Source of the DNA: Ancylonema sp.
Lineage: Eukaryota
DNA: 20,000 nucleotides
Direction: 5' to 3'
Assembly: GCA_050230475.1 (NCBI GenBank)
Contig: JBFLGF010000018.1
Span: 121,410 to 141,409 of the forward strand
Shown here in pieces: positions 9,928 to 20,000 of this stretch. Positions within the stretch are counted from its first letter, which is position 1. Each line of letters starts with the position of its first letter. A program made the translations under genes and the position numbers. The notes under the pieces are model-generated. The model had not been told where the DNA came from, did no database searches, and saw only the letters and a program-made list of their open reading frames with translations.

Positions 9928-9957
<30 letters not shown>
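9928..9957. repeat. (CACCCT)5 microsatellite, telomere-variant-like
   Basis: Five perfect tandem hexamers. Confidence 0.85.
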
Positions 9958-10029
9958 TGACAAAATAGTAGGACAAGTCGCAAGCACCCAACAATATATG
10001 CCGTATCGGGTGGTATCGGGACCAACCAT

Positions 10030-10690
10030 GTACAAGTCATATCATAGTTGAGACCCCGACAAGTTTGTCCGAGACATGTCCCTCATTTGTCCCGGACACC
10101 TCCGAAGAATCCCGGACATGTCCGGGGCTCACAAGGGGCGGGGGGGGGGGGTTTAAAAAAATGACCATCGTTTTTTTAGGAAAACAAATATATGGAAATC
10201 AAGGTTTCTCATGACATGACACTAATCTCATCTTTTGTTTGTATTACGTGTCTAACTTAGGAACATTAGCGACATTACTCGCCTGTGCATTCACCTTGGT
10301 TGTATTGAAGGCGATTTAGTTCATAGTTGCACGGACCGGCAATATTGTGCGGACAGACATGGTCCGGAGTCGGGATCTGGTCAGACCAGGGATCCTTTGG
10401 GTTTTTATTTTTCTCGGCAATTTTCGGTGGGAAATGGACATTTCGAGGAATTTTAAAGGTGAACATTTAGTTTAATAGAAAGAAGCCAAAATGAAAAACA
10501 ATTTATATTTTTCCGGCTTTAGTCTCCACGGTAAACCTTTCAACCGGCGGTCCGGCACTTTTTTTGGCCAAGAAGGATGGACCTCGGTCCGGAATCGGGA
10601 CCTCGGAGCCGTGGTTCGCCCGACCATGCAACTAATATTTATTTGGCACGGTATCCGGGTCCGGGACGTATCCCGGACGTGTCCCGCTAA
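10030..10690. repeat. Non-coding region with clustered TCCCGGAC/GTCCGG motifs, probably DNA-transposon remnant(s)
   Basis: Repeated (T)CCCGGAC / GTCCGG motifs at ~10060-10130, ~10360 and ~10580-10690. The region replaces the Gypsy pol abruptly at ~10690. TIR pair and TSD not resolved. Confidence 0.35.
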
Positions 10691-11066
10691 GTCGTAGGAC
10701 CTGTGGGGGGGAAGGGTGTTTGCAGCCTCCTCGGAGAACACGTCTGCGAAGTCGTGGTACTCGGGAGGGAGCTTGGCTAACAGGGCGGGGTGTGGGGGGA
10801 GGTGCACAGCGTTCAAAAGTGCAGGTTTGGGCTGGGTATAGGGAGGGGGAGGGGGGGGGGAGGGGGGGGGGGAAGTACTGGAGAGTAAGCACTGAGCAGC
10901 ACAGTGTGGGCTGGTGAGGGACAAGGTGCCTGACTGCCAGTCTATGTTGGGGTTGTGCTTGTGCAGCCAGGGGAAGCCTAGGACGACTCGGCAGTGCGCC
11001 AGTCGGGTGACATCCAAGGTAATGGTTTCTGTGTGGTTGCCGAGGGATCGGAGTTGTGCCGAGAAG
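10690..11066 (-). pseudogene. pol: Gypsy pol fragment: protease C-terminal half and linker to RT
   Basis: SAQLRSLGNHTETITLDVTRLAHCRVVLGFPWLHKHNPNIDWQSG...EYHDFADVFSEEAANTLPPHRSYD. Confidence 0.88.
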
Positions 11067-11519
11067 TGTAGGAACGCAGCTGTGCCATGTAGGAATTATA
11101 TCGGATAGCCATGTTTGCTAGCATGCTAGTCCGGATTGCCGGTTAGTGTAACCGGTAGGGTTCCTCGGTTGTGCTTATAATGAGGGGCCGGACTTCTGTC
11201 CGGACACCCGAATCTGACGTTTCGATTGTGCCGTTTGTAGCACGTGCGGTCTAGATGGTTCCGAATCTAGACGTCTGTCCGGCGTGTGCCGTTGACAGGA
11301 TCTGACTGTTGTTGAGTTATGATAGGCCGACGGTTCGCAGACATGACCGTCGGCACGCTTTGTAGATTTATGTGGTGGACGAGGCATCGTGGTATACCTA
11401 CACGATGCCGACCATTGAAGATTATTCTTCCAACTCAACACTTTGTCATTGATCACTTCTGAGAGACGTAAGCGGAAAGAATCACACTGCCTCGCACCGA
11501 TCACGTCACATCCCTAAAA
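11067..11519 (+). repeat. Copia 5' LTR (core 11088-11519 plus 21-nt 5' extension)
   Basis: TGTAGGAATTATATCGGATAGCC...CATCCCTAAAA matches 17127-17581 with scattered substitutions and indels. Confidence 0.92.
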
Positions 11520-11532
11520 GGTTATGGGCCCA
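11520..11532 (+). other. Primer binding site, half-tRNA-iMet type
   Basis: GGTTATGGGCCCA directly after the LTR, the motif known from Drosophila copia-like elements primed by a tRNA-iMet fragment. Confidence 0.85.
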
Positions 11533-11734
11533 CAAGCGGTCTAGAAAGACGTTGTGTCAATAACTACAGATTCCACGCGATACGCTGCTAAAGGCACTCT
11601 GTGGTAGAGGTTATTAAGTACTGCACGTAATCCTTCGATTGCGCTGCCAGTGACTGAGGTGTGAGTAGCGCTGCACGAAACGCTCAAGAAAGCAGCTGAG
11701 AGCTGAGCACCAAGAATTTTAGGTGTTGCCTAAC

Positions 11735-14700
11735 ATGACGGAAAAGTCATACATTCCGGTCTTCACAGGAGCAGACTACAAAGGGTGGGCATTTAAAATT
11801 AAGTTCGGTCTGGCAGACAAGGAGCTGCACGACATTGTTATGGATTGGGGAAAATCGCCGAGGCAAGAAGAGCCTGCCGTGTTTCTACCACATACGCAGG
11901 ATGAGCTCGATACGCTGGAGGCTGCGGACGTCGCTAGAACGATCACAGCACGCACCCAGCTCATCGGTCGACAGACTCTCCATCGAGAGGTCTGGTCGAA
12001 GAAGAACATCGCTGCGATGGCCTACAGCGTCAAACACCTCCAGACGGGGGAGCTGACGCATGTGAGGAACTGCGCGACTGCTGCAGAGATGTGGGAGGCC
12101 CTGAAGTCTTTCTACGACATTCAGGGAGCCAGAAATTGCCAACGCTGAAGTTGAGCTCACGGCAATTATCATGGGAGAAAGCGGAGGAGCTGAGCGATTA
12201 CGTCAAGCGACTTCAGGAGCTGCACGATCGGCTGGGCATCTGGGGGAACCAGTCAATCCGGCAAAGCAGACGATAAATTTCCTGAATTCCCTGAACACTC
12301 GCTACAGCGCACGAGTGGAGAGCGTGATGTCCTGGGCAGTTTTTCTGCACCATCTCACTCTTCACGTCCCTCAGGCCGTCAGCACTCTGTCAGCTGGCGA
12401 TCGACGGGAGGTCTGCAACGACCGGAAGAGAGGGGCGCTGCCGGGAGGGCAGCAGTCCAATTTCGCTGGAAGGGGAGAGGTTACTCGGGCAGCTCCGGAG
12501 CAAGTCGACCGGGGAGGTGGGATCGGCGTTCCCGGAAGCCGCGACCTGACGAGAACTCAGTGCTACGGCTGCAACCAGTATGGCCACCTGAAGTCGGATT
12601 GCCCCGTGCGTCCGCCAATGAGGTGCCATGGCTGCAACCAGACCGGCCACAGGCTGTCGCAATGCGGCCAGCAACGGCACGGTGGAGGAGGAAGATCGGC
12701 TGGCTAGGGAAGTGGCAGTCCGAAACCTAAGTGCAGATACTGCGATAAGCTTGGACACACATTGGCAGAATGTTTGAAGCGTAAATCTGATCTGGCATTG
12801 TCTGCACCTGATTCGAATCTCCGTAATCAAGCTCAGGCTAGACTTGCTGCAAGACCAGACACACCTTTTGATGCCTCTAAATCCTTAGCTTATGCAGCAT
12901 TCTCATCTGACGCACGGATTGCGATGGCAGTTGGAACTGATTGTTCGCATCTGTGGCTTGATTCAGGCTCGACCGATCACGTCTTCGTAAACCGAGACCA
13001 CTTCGTCGAGTACGACACCAACGGTCCCAATGCAGCATTCTTCATCCACACGGCTGACGGCACGCCCCACACAAGCGAGGGGACAGGCTTCGTGCACGTG
13101 AAAGTGAAGAACGACGACTCCTCTTTCGTCGTCCCTCTCGCGGCTCTGCACGTCCCTACAGTCGCTGCGACCCTGGTGTCCACCGACTGCCTCGTCCAGA
13201 GACGGTGGGCTGAGCTTTGCCCAGACACCACATGGCCCCAAACTGACTAAGAATGGACTGAAAATGGGCTGATGTCAGCAGGCAGAGGAATGATCTGTCG
13301 TTGCTGCATGCATCTATCATCATGGCTGGTTCTTCTGGTCTGCAAGCTAATCTGTCCATCGGCATGCTCTGGCATGGCAAACTGGTTCACCCTGGTATAC
13401 CAGCCATGTCAGACATGGCCAGAGTGGTGATATACCGAGACTGAATCAGGAGGAATTGACTGAAGTCAGGGATTGTGAGATCTGTTGTATGGGGAAGATG
13501 GGACAGTAGGGGCATGCTATTGCTAGCGAGGATGTGGCCACTATGCCGAAAATGGGAAGGTTGCATCTAGATCTGATAGGTCCTTTTGGTGTTAAGTCAA
13601 TGCACGGAGGGTTTGACTACGCACAGACAGGGATAGAGGTCAACACTAGACTGTCAACAGTATCTCTCCTCAGGCACAAGAGCGAGGCTCTCAGTCAAAC
13701 GCGCATCACTGTACAGAAACTTGAAGTTGAGTCAGGACTGGCGTTGAAGTCTATCAGGACAGATGGGGGGGGTGAATACACAAGTAAAGAGTGGAGAGGC
13801 TATTGTGAGGATAAAGGCATCAGACATGAACTGACTGCTCCCTACAGCCCTCAACATAATGGAATGTGTGAAAGGTTGAACAGAACATTGATGGAAAAGA
13901 TGAGGTGTTTGCTGATGTGGTCTAAATTGCCTAAATCGTATTGGGATGTGGCACTGATACACGCAAACTGGTTAAGGAACAGGACCCCCACTAGTTCATT
14001 AACAGGGGGGATACCTATTGAGGAGTGGACGGGACGTCAGATAAAAATGGACAGAAGTCACACATTCGGCTGTCTGGTTCAATATTTGCTAGTTGGGCAT
14101 GATAAAAATAAACAAGGGGACAAGTATGCTGCCAGGACTGCTTTTGGGGTGGGCTGGCAGCAGATCAGGCTGGGTACAACATCATCGACCTTCGACCCGC
14201 TCAGAGCCGGTGATGGTGCGGACAGACGCGTTTCTTCGAGGAAGTGCCGGGGTACCCGAGACTCATGGGGGGGAGAGCTCCCCAGGTCGAGGCGAAAGCA
14301 GATGGACACTTTCTCCAGCTGTTCCCCGACACGGAGATGATGAGCCTACGGCTGGAGGGGTATCAGGACAAGCAGCAGTAACAGCTGCAACGCCAGCAGC
14401 AGAAGCAGAAGAAGCAGCAGCAGCTCTAGCAGCAGTGCCAGCAGCAGCTGCAGCACACAACGACCCAGGAGCCCAGATCCTAGTGTTACAGTTTCCGCCA
14501 CCATCAGCTGCTGAGGTCCCCATCTCTGTGGTTGAGCTGTCTGACAGCCAGTGAGGTATCAACAACGCAAGAGTGGCAGGCGAGGAGGAGGAAGTTCAGG
14601 GAGGGGGTGAAGGGGAGGGGCAAGGGGTAAATGCTGTGAGCATAGCTGAGAGGGTGATGGGGAGAAGGAGGGGAAACTTCGCCCACTTTGGGGATGTCCT

Positions 14701-16409
14701 CTGATACGATGGGGAGGAGTTTGACAACCAGGCGCTGGCAGCAGCCATTCAAGACGAGGAGTGGGAGGCGACATGCTTCTTCACAGGCTTCAACGGCCCC
14801 TCTGACCCTGGATTCTGTATGATTGGCCACGTCTGCTGACTCCTCCGACCCTCTAACGCTGAACCAGGCCATGACGAGGCCAGACTTGGGACCAGTTGGT
14901 TAGCTGCTATCCAGGAGGAGCTGAATAGCTTGGGGGAATTCAACACCTTCGAGGTGTGTGAACTTCCACCAGGTCAAAGGGCTGTGGGGTGCAAATATGT
15001 ATTCAAAACAAAATACACACCCACGGGGAACCCTTGAAAGACATAAAGTCAGACTGGTCGCCCAAGGTTTTCTACAACAAGAAGGAGTTGACTATAATGA
15101 AATATTCGCACCTGTAGTAGAGTAGATAGTACCTCTCCTCTATCTCTCTTCTACTAGCGATTGCGAATCAGGAGGGTTGGGGAATTGAACATATGGATGT
15201 AGTCACTGCTTTCTTGCACGGAAGACTGACGGAAGAAGTGTACATGAAAATTCCACCAATTTATGGAGATTTGAGTGAGGGGCTGAGGGAAAGGTTCTGA
15301 GAATGAGGGGGGCACTGTACGGACTGAAACAGAGTAGCAAGGTCTGGGGTGAAATGTTCACAACCTTCATGCTCAGTATAGGGTTCAAACAGTGTATTAA
15401 TGGACACATGCATATACACCAGGGGAACAGGACAGTCACGGATCATAGTGGAATACACATAGATGATTAGGTGATAGTTGGTCCTAACACCGTGGGTCAT
15501 TAAGGCATTCAAACAGGAACTATCAGGGAAAGAAATTCAAAATGAAGGATCTTGGGGCCCTAACCCATATCCTGGGGGTGGAAGTGAAAAGGGACAGACA
15601 ACAGGGGGTGCTCTCGTCAACAGGGGGTGTTGACGTTGCATCAGGGAGGGTTCATAACACAGGTTCTGGAACGTTTTGGCATGGCAAACTGTAATCCTAC
15701 AAAACTACCCTTACCACCTGGACTGGCATTTCACCAAGCCTGAACAGATAACTGAATTCCGGGGAAAAATTCTCATTTATGCAATGAAACACACCAGACC
15801 GGATATTGCGCATGCACTGGGCGTACTGGCAAAACACATAGGGAATCCTGGGACTGCTCACATCAAATCCTTACACCAATTCAGATATTTAAAGGGTACA
15901 GTGGATCACGGAATATGCTACGTGAGGCAGAGGAAGTTAGAGATCAAGGGGGGTACTGTGATGCTAGTTGGAACAGCTGCAGTATGACTGGGAAGTCGGT
16001 CACAGGATGGGTCACTACTGTTGGGGGAACTGCTTTAAGCTGGAAGTCACAGAAATAGTCTACAGTCGCACAGAGTACAGCAGAGGCTGAATATATTGTT
16101 GCCTGTAGTGTGTCTAAGGAATGCTGTTACCTTAAGTCGCTCCTGCATGAGCTCAAACTCCCTAATGAAATTACAGTTTACAGTGACTCAACTGCTGCAC
16201 TCTCAATGATCCAGAACCCAGTCCAACGCCAAGAGGCCAAGCACTTCAATGTGGTATACCACTGGGTGAGAGAGTGCCACAGAACTGGCAGGCTGAAGTA
16301 TATGTATCTGGCAAGGGCCAATCAACCAGCCGATATGTTCACTAAGGCTCTTCCACAGGTCTTACTTGACAGACACGGAAAGTCTATAGGTTTTGGGAGG
16401 GTTAACTGA
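11735..16409 (+). pseudogene. gag-pol: Copia gag-pol polyprotein with multiple frameshifts and stops
   Basis: Gag: IPVFTGADYKGWAFK, TAAEMWEALKS, three CCHC knuckles (CYGCNQYGHLKSDC, CHGCNQTGHRLSQC, CRYCDKLGHTLAEC). Protease: WLDSGSTDH. Integrase: LHLDLIGP, IRTDGGGEY, TAPYSPQHNGMCERLNRT. RT: W..AIQEELNSL, MDVVTAFLHG, ALYGLKQS, TRPDIA. RNase H: STAEAEY, YSDSTAA, KHF, ADMFTKAL. Confidence 0.93.
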
Positions 16410-16935
16410 AATGGGGGTGCACATTAGGTTCTAGGGGATTTTCGGCTGCCATGCTGTGTTCGGCAGGGGGTGTATGTTCTGTTATTATTCTTGCAGAATG
16501 CACCTGTGGAGGGCTCTCAACGCTCGTCTATCCACTAAGTCACCCTACTCCTTTTTCTGCCCTGGAAAATACTCGAGGACACCTGAAAAGTTGCAGATCT
16601 GCTTGCATCTAGAGTTGTCAGTTGTTCATGAATTCTGGATATGTGTTGCCACTCATATTATTATTTACAAATGTTGTGTCAAAAGTTCGTTTGATTTGGT
16701 GAAGTATTGAGAAAGTTATGAAGTTTTAAGAAAATGGTGAAGTTCTGAGAAAGTTGAAGTTGTGCTGCGAAAGTTGTGAAGTTTTGCATATTTTCAAGTT
16801 ATTCGGAGAAAACTACAGAAGATTGACTTGTTGTCATTTTTGTATTGCCCTAACTTGTGGTATTTGTTTGTATGTTCATTCAGGGCTCCGGCCCGAAAAA
16901 CGACTAAGGATCTGGAGCGATCCTTCTGGAGTGAG

Positions 16936-16980
16936 TTCCGATCGGCTTCCGATTGGCTTCCGATCGTCTTCCGATCGGCT
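16936..16980 (+). repeat. 11-bp tandem repeat (TTCCGATCGGC)x4 in the Copia 3' UTR
   Basis: ttccgatcggc ttccgattggc ttccgatcgtc ttccgatcggc. Confidence 0.85.
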
Positions 16981-17117
16981 GATATTTTAAATGCCTTAGC
17001 ACATTGATATGCTAGATAAGACCCTACTATTCCAGGGCTATGCAATGGTCTTGCCATGACTTAGCTGTTGAGAGTGGTCCTTCGGTGCTGACTTAATGCC
17101 AACTTGGCATGGCATCC

Positions 17118-17126
17118 GAGGGGGTG
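17118..17126 (+). other. Copia polypurine tract
   Basis: GAGGGGGTG immediately before the TGT of the 3' LTR. Confidence 0.8.
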
Positions 17127-17581
17127 TGTAGGAATTATATCGGATAGCCACCCATGTTTGCTAGCGTGCTAGTCCCGGACTGCCGGTTAGTGTAACCGGT
17201 AGGGTTCCTAGGGTGTGCTTATGTTGAGGGGCCGGACTTATGTCCGGGCACCCGAAATATGACGGTTTCGATTTGTGCCGTTTTGTAGCACGTGCGGTCT
17301 AGATGGTTCCGAATCTAATCTAGACGTTATGTTTTGTCAGAGTGTGCCGTTGACAGGATCTGACTGTTGTTGAGTTATGATAGGCCGACGGTTCGCTGAT
17401 ACGACCGTCGGCACGCTTTGTAGATTCATGTTGTGGACGAGGCATCGTGGTATACCTACACGATGCCGACCATTCAAGATTCCAACACAATACTTGTCAT
17501 TGATCATTCTTGCTTCTGAGAGACGAGTTCCTTGTACGGAGAATCACTGCCTTGCACACCGATCACGTAACATCCCTAAAA
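17127..17581 (+). repeat. Copia 3' LTR
   Basis: Direct repeat of 11088-11519, followed by TSD AGAAG. Confidence 0.93.
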
Positions 17582-18888
17582 AGAAGTAGCAGGTAATGGG
17601 GTCAGCAGCTGGAGGGCTGCCATCAATAAGCTCGACCGGGATAGGCTGGGGATGGGGGTGGGTGGGTCGGTTGTTGTCTGCCAGGATCTGGGGGTCTCTG
17701 AAGTTGCCTGACGCCCCAGAGTCGATCAACACGCGGACAGGTATGGGTGGGAGGGGGTAACGGAGTAACTGGCAGGCCAGCAGGAGCTGGCGGGGGAGCT
17801 CGCGGGGGTGGGGAAAGGGGGAGGGTAGGGAAAGGGGACCCGCAGAGACCCCTCCTAGGACTGTGTGGGGTGGTCGTTTTTTGACTCTAAGTGCTGCAGA
17901 TCCAGGAAGCGCACGGTGCGTCCCTTGCCCTTGTTGGGACAAGTCCTGTTGTCATGGCCTGGGAGGCCATAGTAGTGGCACAGGTGGCCAGCCACACGGC
18001 GAGCCATTTCCGCTGGTTCCACTTTCAGGACCTGGCGGGGGGTTCCATCGATGTCCATGGGTACGATCTGCAGGTGAGAGGGCACCTGCTGGGGAGGAAA
18101 CTGATCTGCAGCTCTGGCTTGGGGGGGAGTATGCAGGGGTTTGGAGGGTCGGTCGAGACTGCTGGCAGCCATGCGCTGTTCTCCACCTTTTTGACAAAGG
18201 TAACGTACGCTGAAAAAAGGTTTCAGAAGGGTCCTGCACTTTGTGAGTATTTCTCGACGGAGCTCCGGTTTAAAAGCTTCTCGAAGAAGGTATAGATGCT
18301 GGGGTGGTCAGGCCAGGGGGGGAAGGTCTTAACAATAGCCCTAAACTGGACAGTGAAGTCTGACACTGAACCGGTTTGTCTGAGTTCGCGCAGATGTCGT
18401 TCCTTGGTGAAGTCGGGTGTCGCCCTCCCCGAACAGTCCTGGAGATCCTTCAGCAGTTGAACTGGCCAAAACCGTCCGGGAGGTCTCCGTTGTCGTCAAG
18501 GTAGTTAGAAACCAGTCGTAGTAGGTCCAGTTAGTAGAGTGGCCACGTAGTGGGCGGTCTGAACAGGATTGTGGAACCGCTTAGGTGCCAGCCTGAGCAT
18601 AGAACGGACCCGGTGGCAGAATGTAGCGACATCTTTGGAGGTCCCATCAAATGTAGGAGGGTCAGATGGAACCAGGTCTTTGAGTGTAGGGATAGGCTGG
18701 TATTCTGAAGCGGCTGGATCGCTTCCAGAAGCCATGTAATTTGTTTCATAAGCAAACTGGTCCGAAAGTTCTGTAAATTTGCCTTTAATGTCTTTATTTT
18801 CCTACGCCAAAACTCTGAATTTTTCATCTTGAGAATGTCGTATCTGACGTAAAACTGCCATGACTTCCTCTAAATTTGGAGAAGACAT
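17582..18888 (-). pseudogene. gag: Gypsy gag and N-terminal half of protease, frameshifted
   Basis: ATG at 18888 (MSSPNLEEVMAVL). Capsid motifs at ~18680-18300, zinc knuckle at ~17990-17935, protease DSGA at ~17710-17730. Several stops and frameshifts. Confidence 0.88.
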
Positions 18889-20000
18889 AGTTGAATAGGT
18901 AGGAGATGAAAAAAGGGAGGCGGCTGAATGAAGTTCAGATTCAGGATATCTTAAAAAAAAAACTTCAAAAATTCCTATCAAAGTGTTAGGAACGGATGCA
19001 AAAGGCGTCCCTAGCAAGCAAGTTGCAATATGCACACAAGCGGAAAGATGGCGAAATTCCGGATAGGACGAGATGGCATGAGCCGATGGAAATGGTGGTG
19101 ATATAATCGGGAGGCAAGTACATGAGTTGATAGGAATGCCTAAAGGCATTCCTATCGACTAGATATAGGAACTGGCTAAAGTCTGAATCACGCTACAAGT
19201 GGGATAACTCACTCCGAATATGATAAAGACACATCAAGTCTGGCTAACGGCACAATTGCCGGAGCTAAGGACACATCAGAATACTCCCTAGGGGCCAGGC
19301 GGCCGCTAGGGACACCCACAGAACTCGCTATAGAGGAAACTGAGCTAGTAGCGCTCTAGCTGTTAGGAGTGGACTGCTAAGTGTGGAGACCTCGCTAAGG
19401 AGCCCTAGTGACTGTAGCGAGGGTCCTAACACCCATAGGCGTTAAAATTATAATATTATCCCCAGGGGGGGGGAGGGGACTTACTACACCCCAGGGGTGC
19501 CTGGATGTTTTCAAAATCATGAAATGTATTTGGTGATCCGATTACAACGTGGGAGTATTCAATTTAGGACCTAAGACTTTATATTGAACTACTTACTGTG
19601 CAAAATGGTCAGTACTCACTACTTGATCGAATTTCGACGTCCGAATTCGATTACTGAAATTGTCCCAGTGCGGCACGCATGCCGCACGCGTGCACTCGCG
19701 CACCCGTGCCGCATGCGTGCGCAAATCTTGCGCACGGTGCTGACCCATCTATGCCCAGAACAATTAATAAACGTCCCCTACCCCATCCCCTACCCCTAAA
19801 ATTGTAATGAACTATGGTCCCCTACCCCACTTAACCCCTACCCTTCATATATGGTCGTTTCCCCCCCCCCCCTTCTAATATTGATTTAGAAAAATATTCT
19901 GACTATTGTAACGCGAGGACAGAGCTGCCAAGATCAGACAATGATCTAGCGACCTGCTTGATGGCGGAGATCGACGGTGGTACACCTCTGAGCCATAATC

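Larger units (their letters stand above)
11067..17581 (+). mobile_element. Full-length, decayed Ty1/Copia LTR retrotransposon nested in the Gypsy protease gene
   Basis: Paired LTRs, 5-bp TSD AGAAG (11062-11066 and 17582-17586), PBS, PPT, and domain order gag-PR-IN-RT-RH. Confidence 0.96.
10690..19450 (-). mobile_element. Ty3/Gypsy LTR retrotransposon (Tf1/Tcn1 chromovirus-like), 3'-truncated at the start of RT and interrupted by a Copia element; 5' LTR boundary approximate
   Basis: Gag motifs: PSDPPTFDG, LRELRQTGSVSDFTVQF, VPMDID, CHYYGLPGHDNRTC. Protease motifs: VLIDSGASGNF, VVLGFPWLHKHNPNIDW. Pre-RT motif: LPPEYHDFADVFSEEAANTLPPHRSYD. Removing 11067-17581 and one TSD copy restores the frame ...DPITCYFSAQLRSLGNHTETITLDV. 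Confidence 0.9.

Noticed and set aside
9928..9957. True telomere or telomere-healing site
   Set aside because: Only five non-canonical CCCTCA units, internal to the sequence.
11175..11504. ORFs within the Copia LTRs (also 17377-17589)
   Set aside because: They are not preserved between the two LTR copies and have no domain features.
11735..16409. Programmed frameshifts in Copia gag-pol
   Set aside because: The breaks are numerous and scattered through conserved domains, consistent with decay or sequencing indels.

Overview
Eukaryotic, repeat-rich window. The plant-type VPS9 gene points to a streptophyte plant or alga. It contains one intact host gene: a five-exon VPS9A-like Rab5 GEF (7181-9388, +, about 499 aa). 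The rest is mostly transposable elements. (i) A probable LTR-retrotransposon 3' end at 1-~400. (ii) An AT-rich decayed ORF of unknown origin (~1020-1983). (iii) A 3.9-kb gag-only retroelement (2229-6124, - strand) with split direct repeats (A-internal-B-A-B), as in tyrosine-recombinase PAT/Ngaro/TOC1 elements. Unlike those, it has TG...CA ends, ~20-bp imperfect terminal inverted repeats, a 4-bp TSD (CACC), an internal CA-GC-TG end-to-end junction and a polypurine tract. This is the most unusual feature of the window. (iv) A non-coding TIR element (6150-6962) just upstream of VPS9. (v) A truncated Tf1/Tcn1-like Ty3/Gypsy element (- strand, ~10690-19450) whose protease gene is split by a full-length but decayed Ty1/Copia element (11067-17581, TSD AGAAG). 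The Copia has TG...AA ends and a 21-nt 5' extension resembling the adjacent target sequence.
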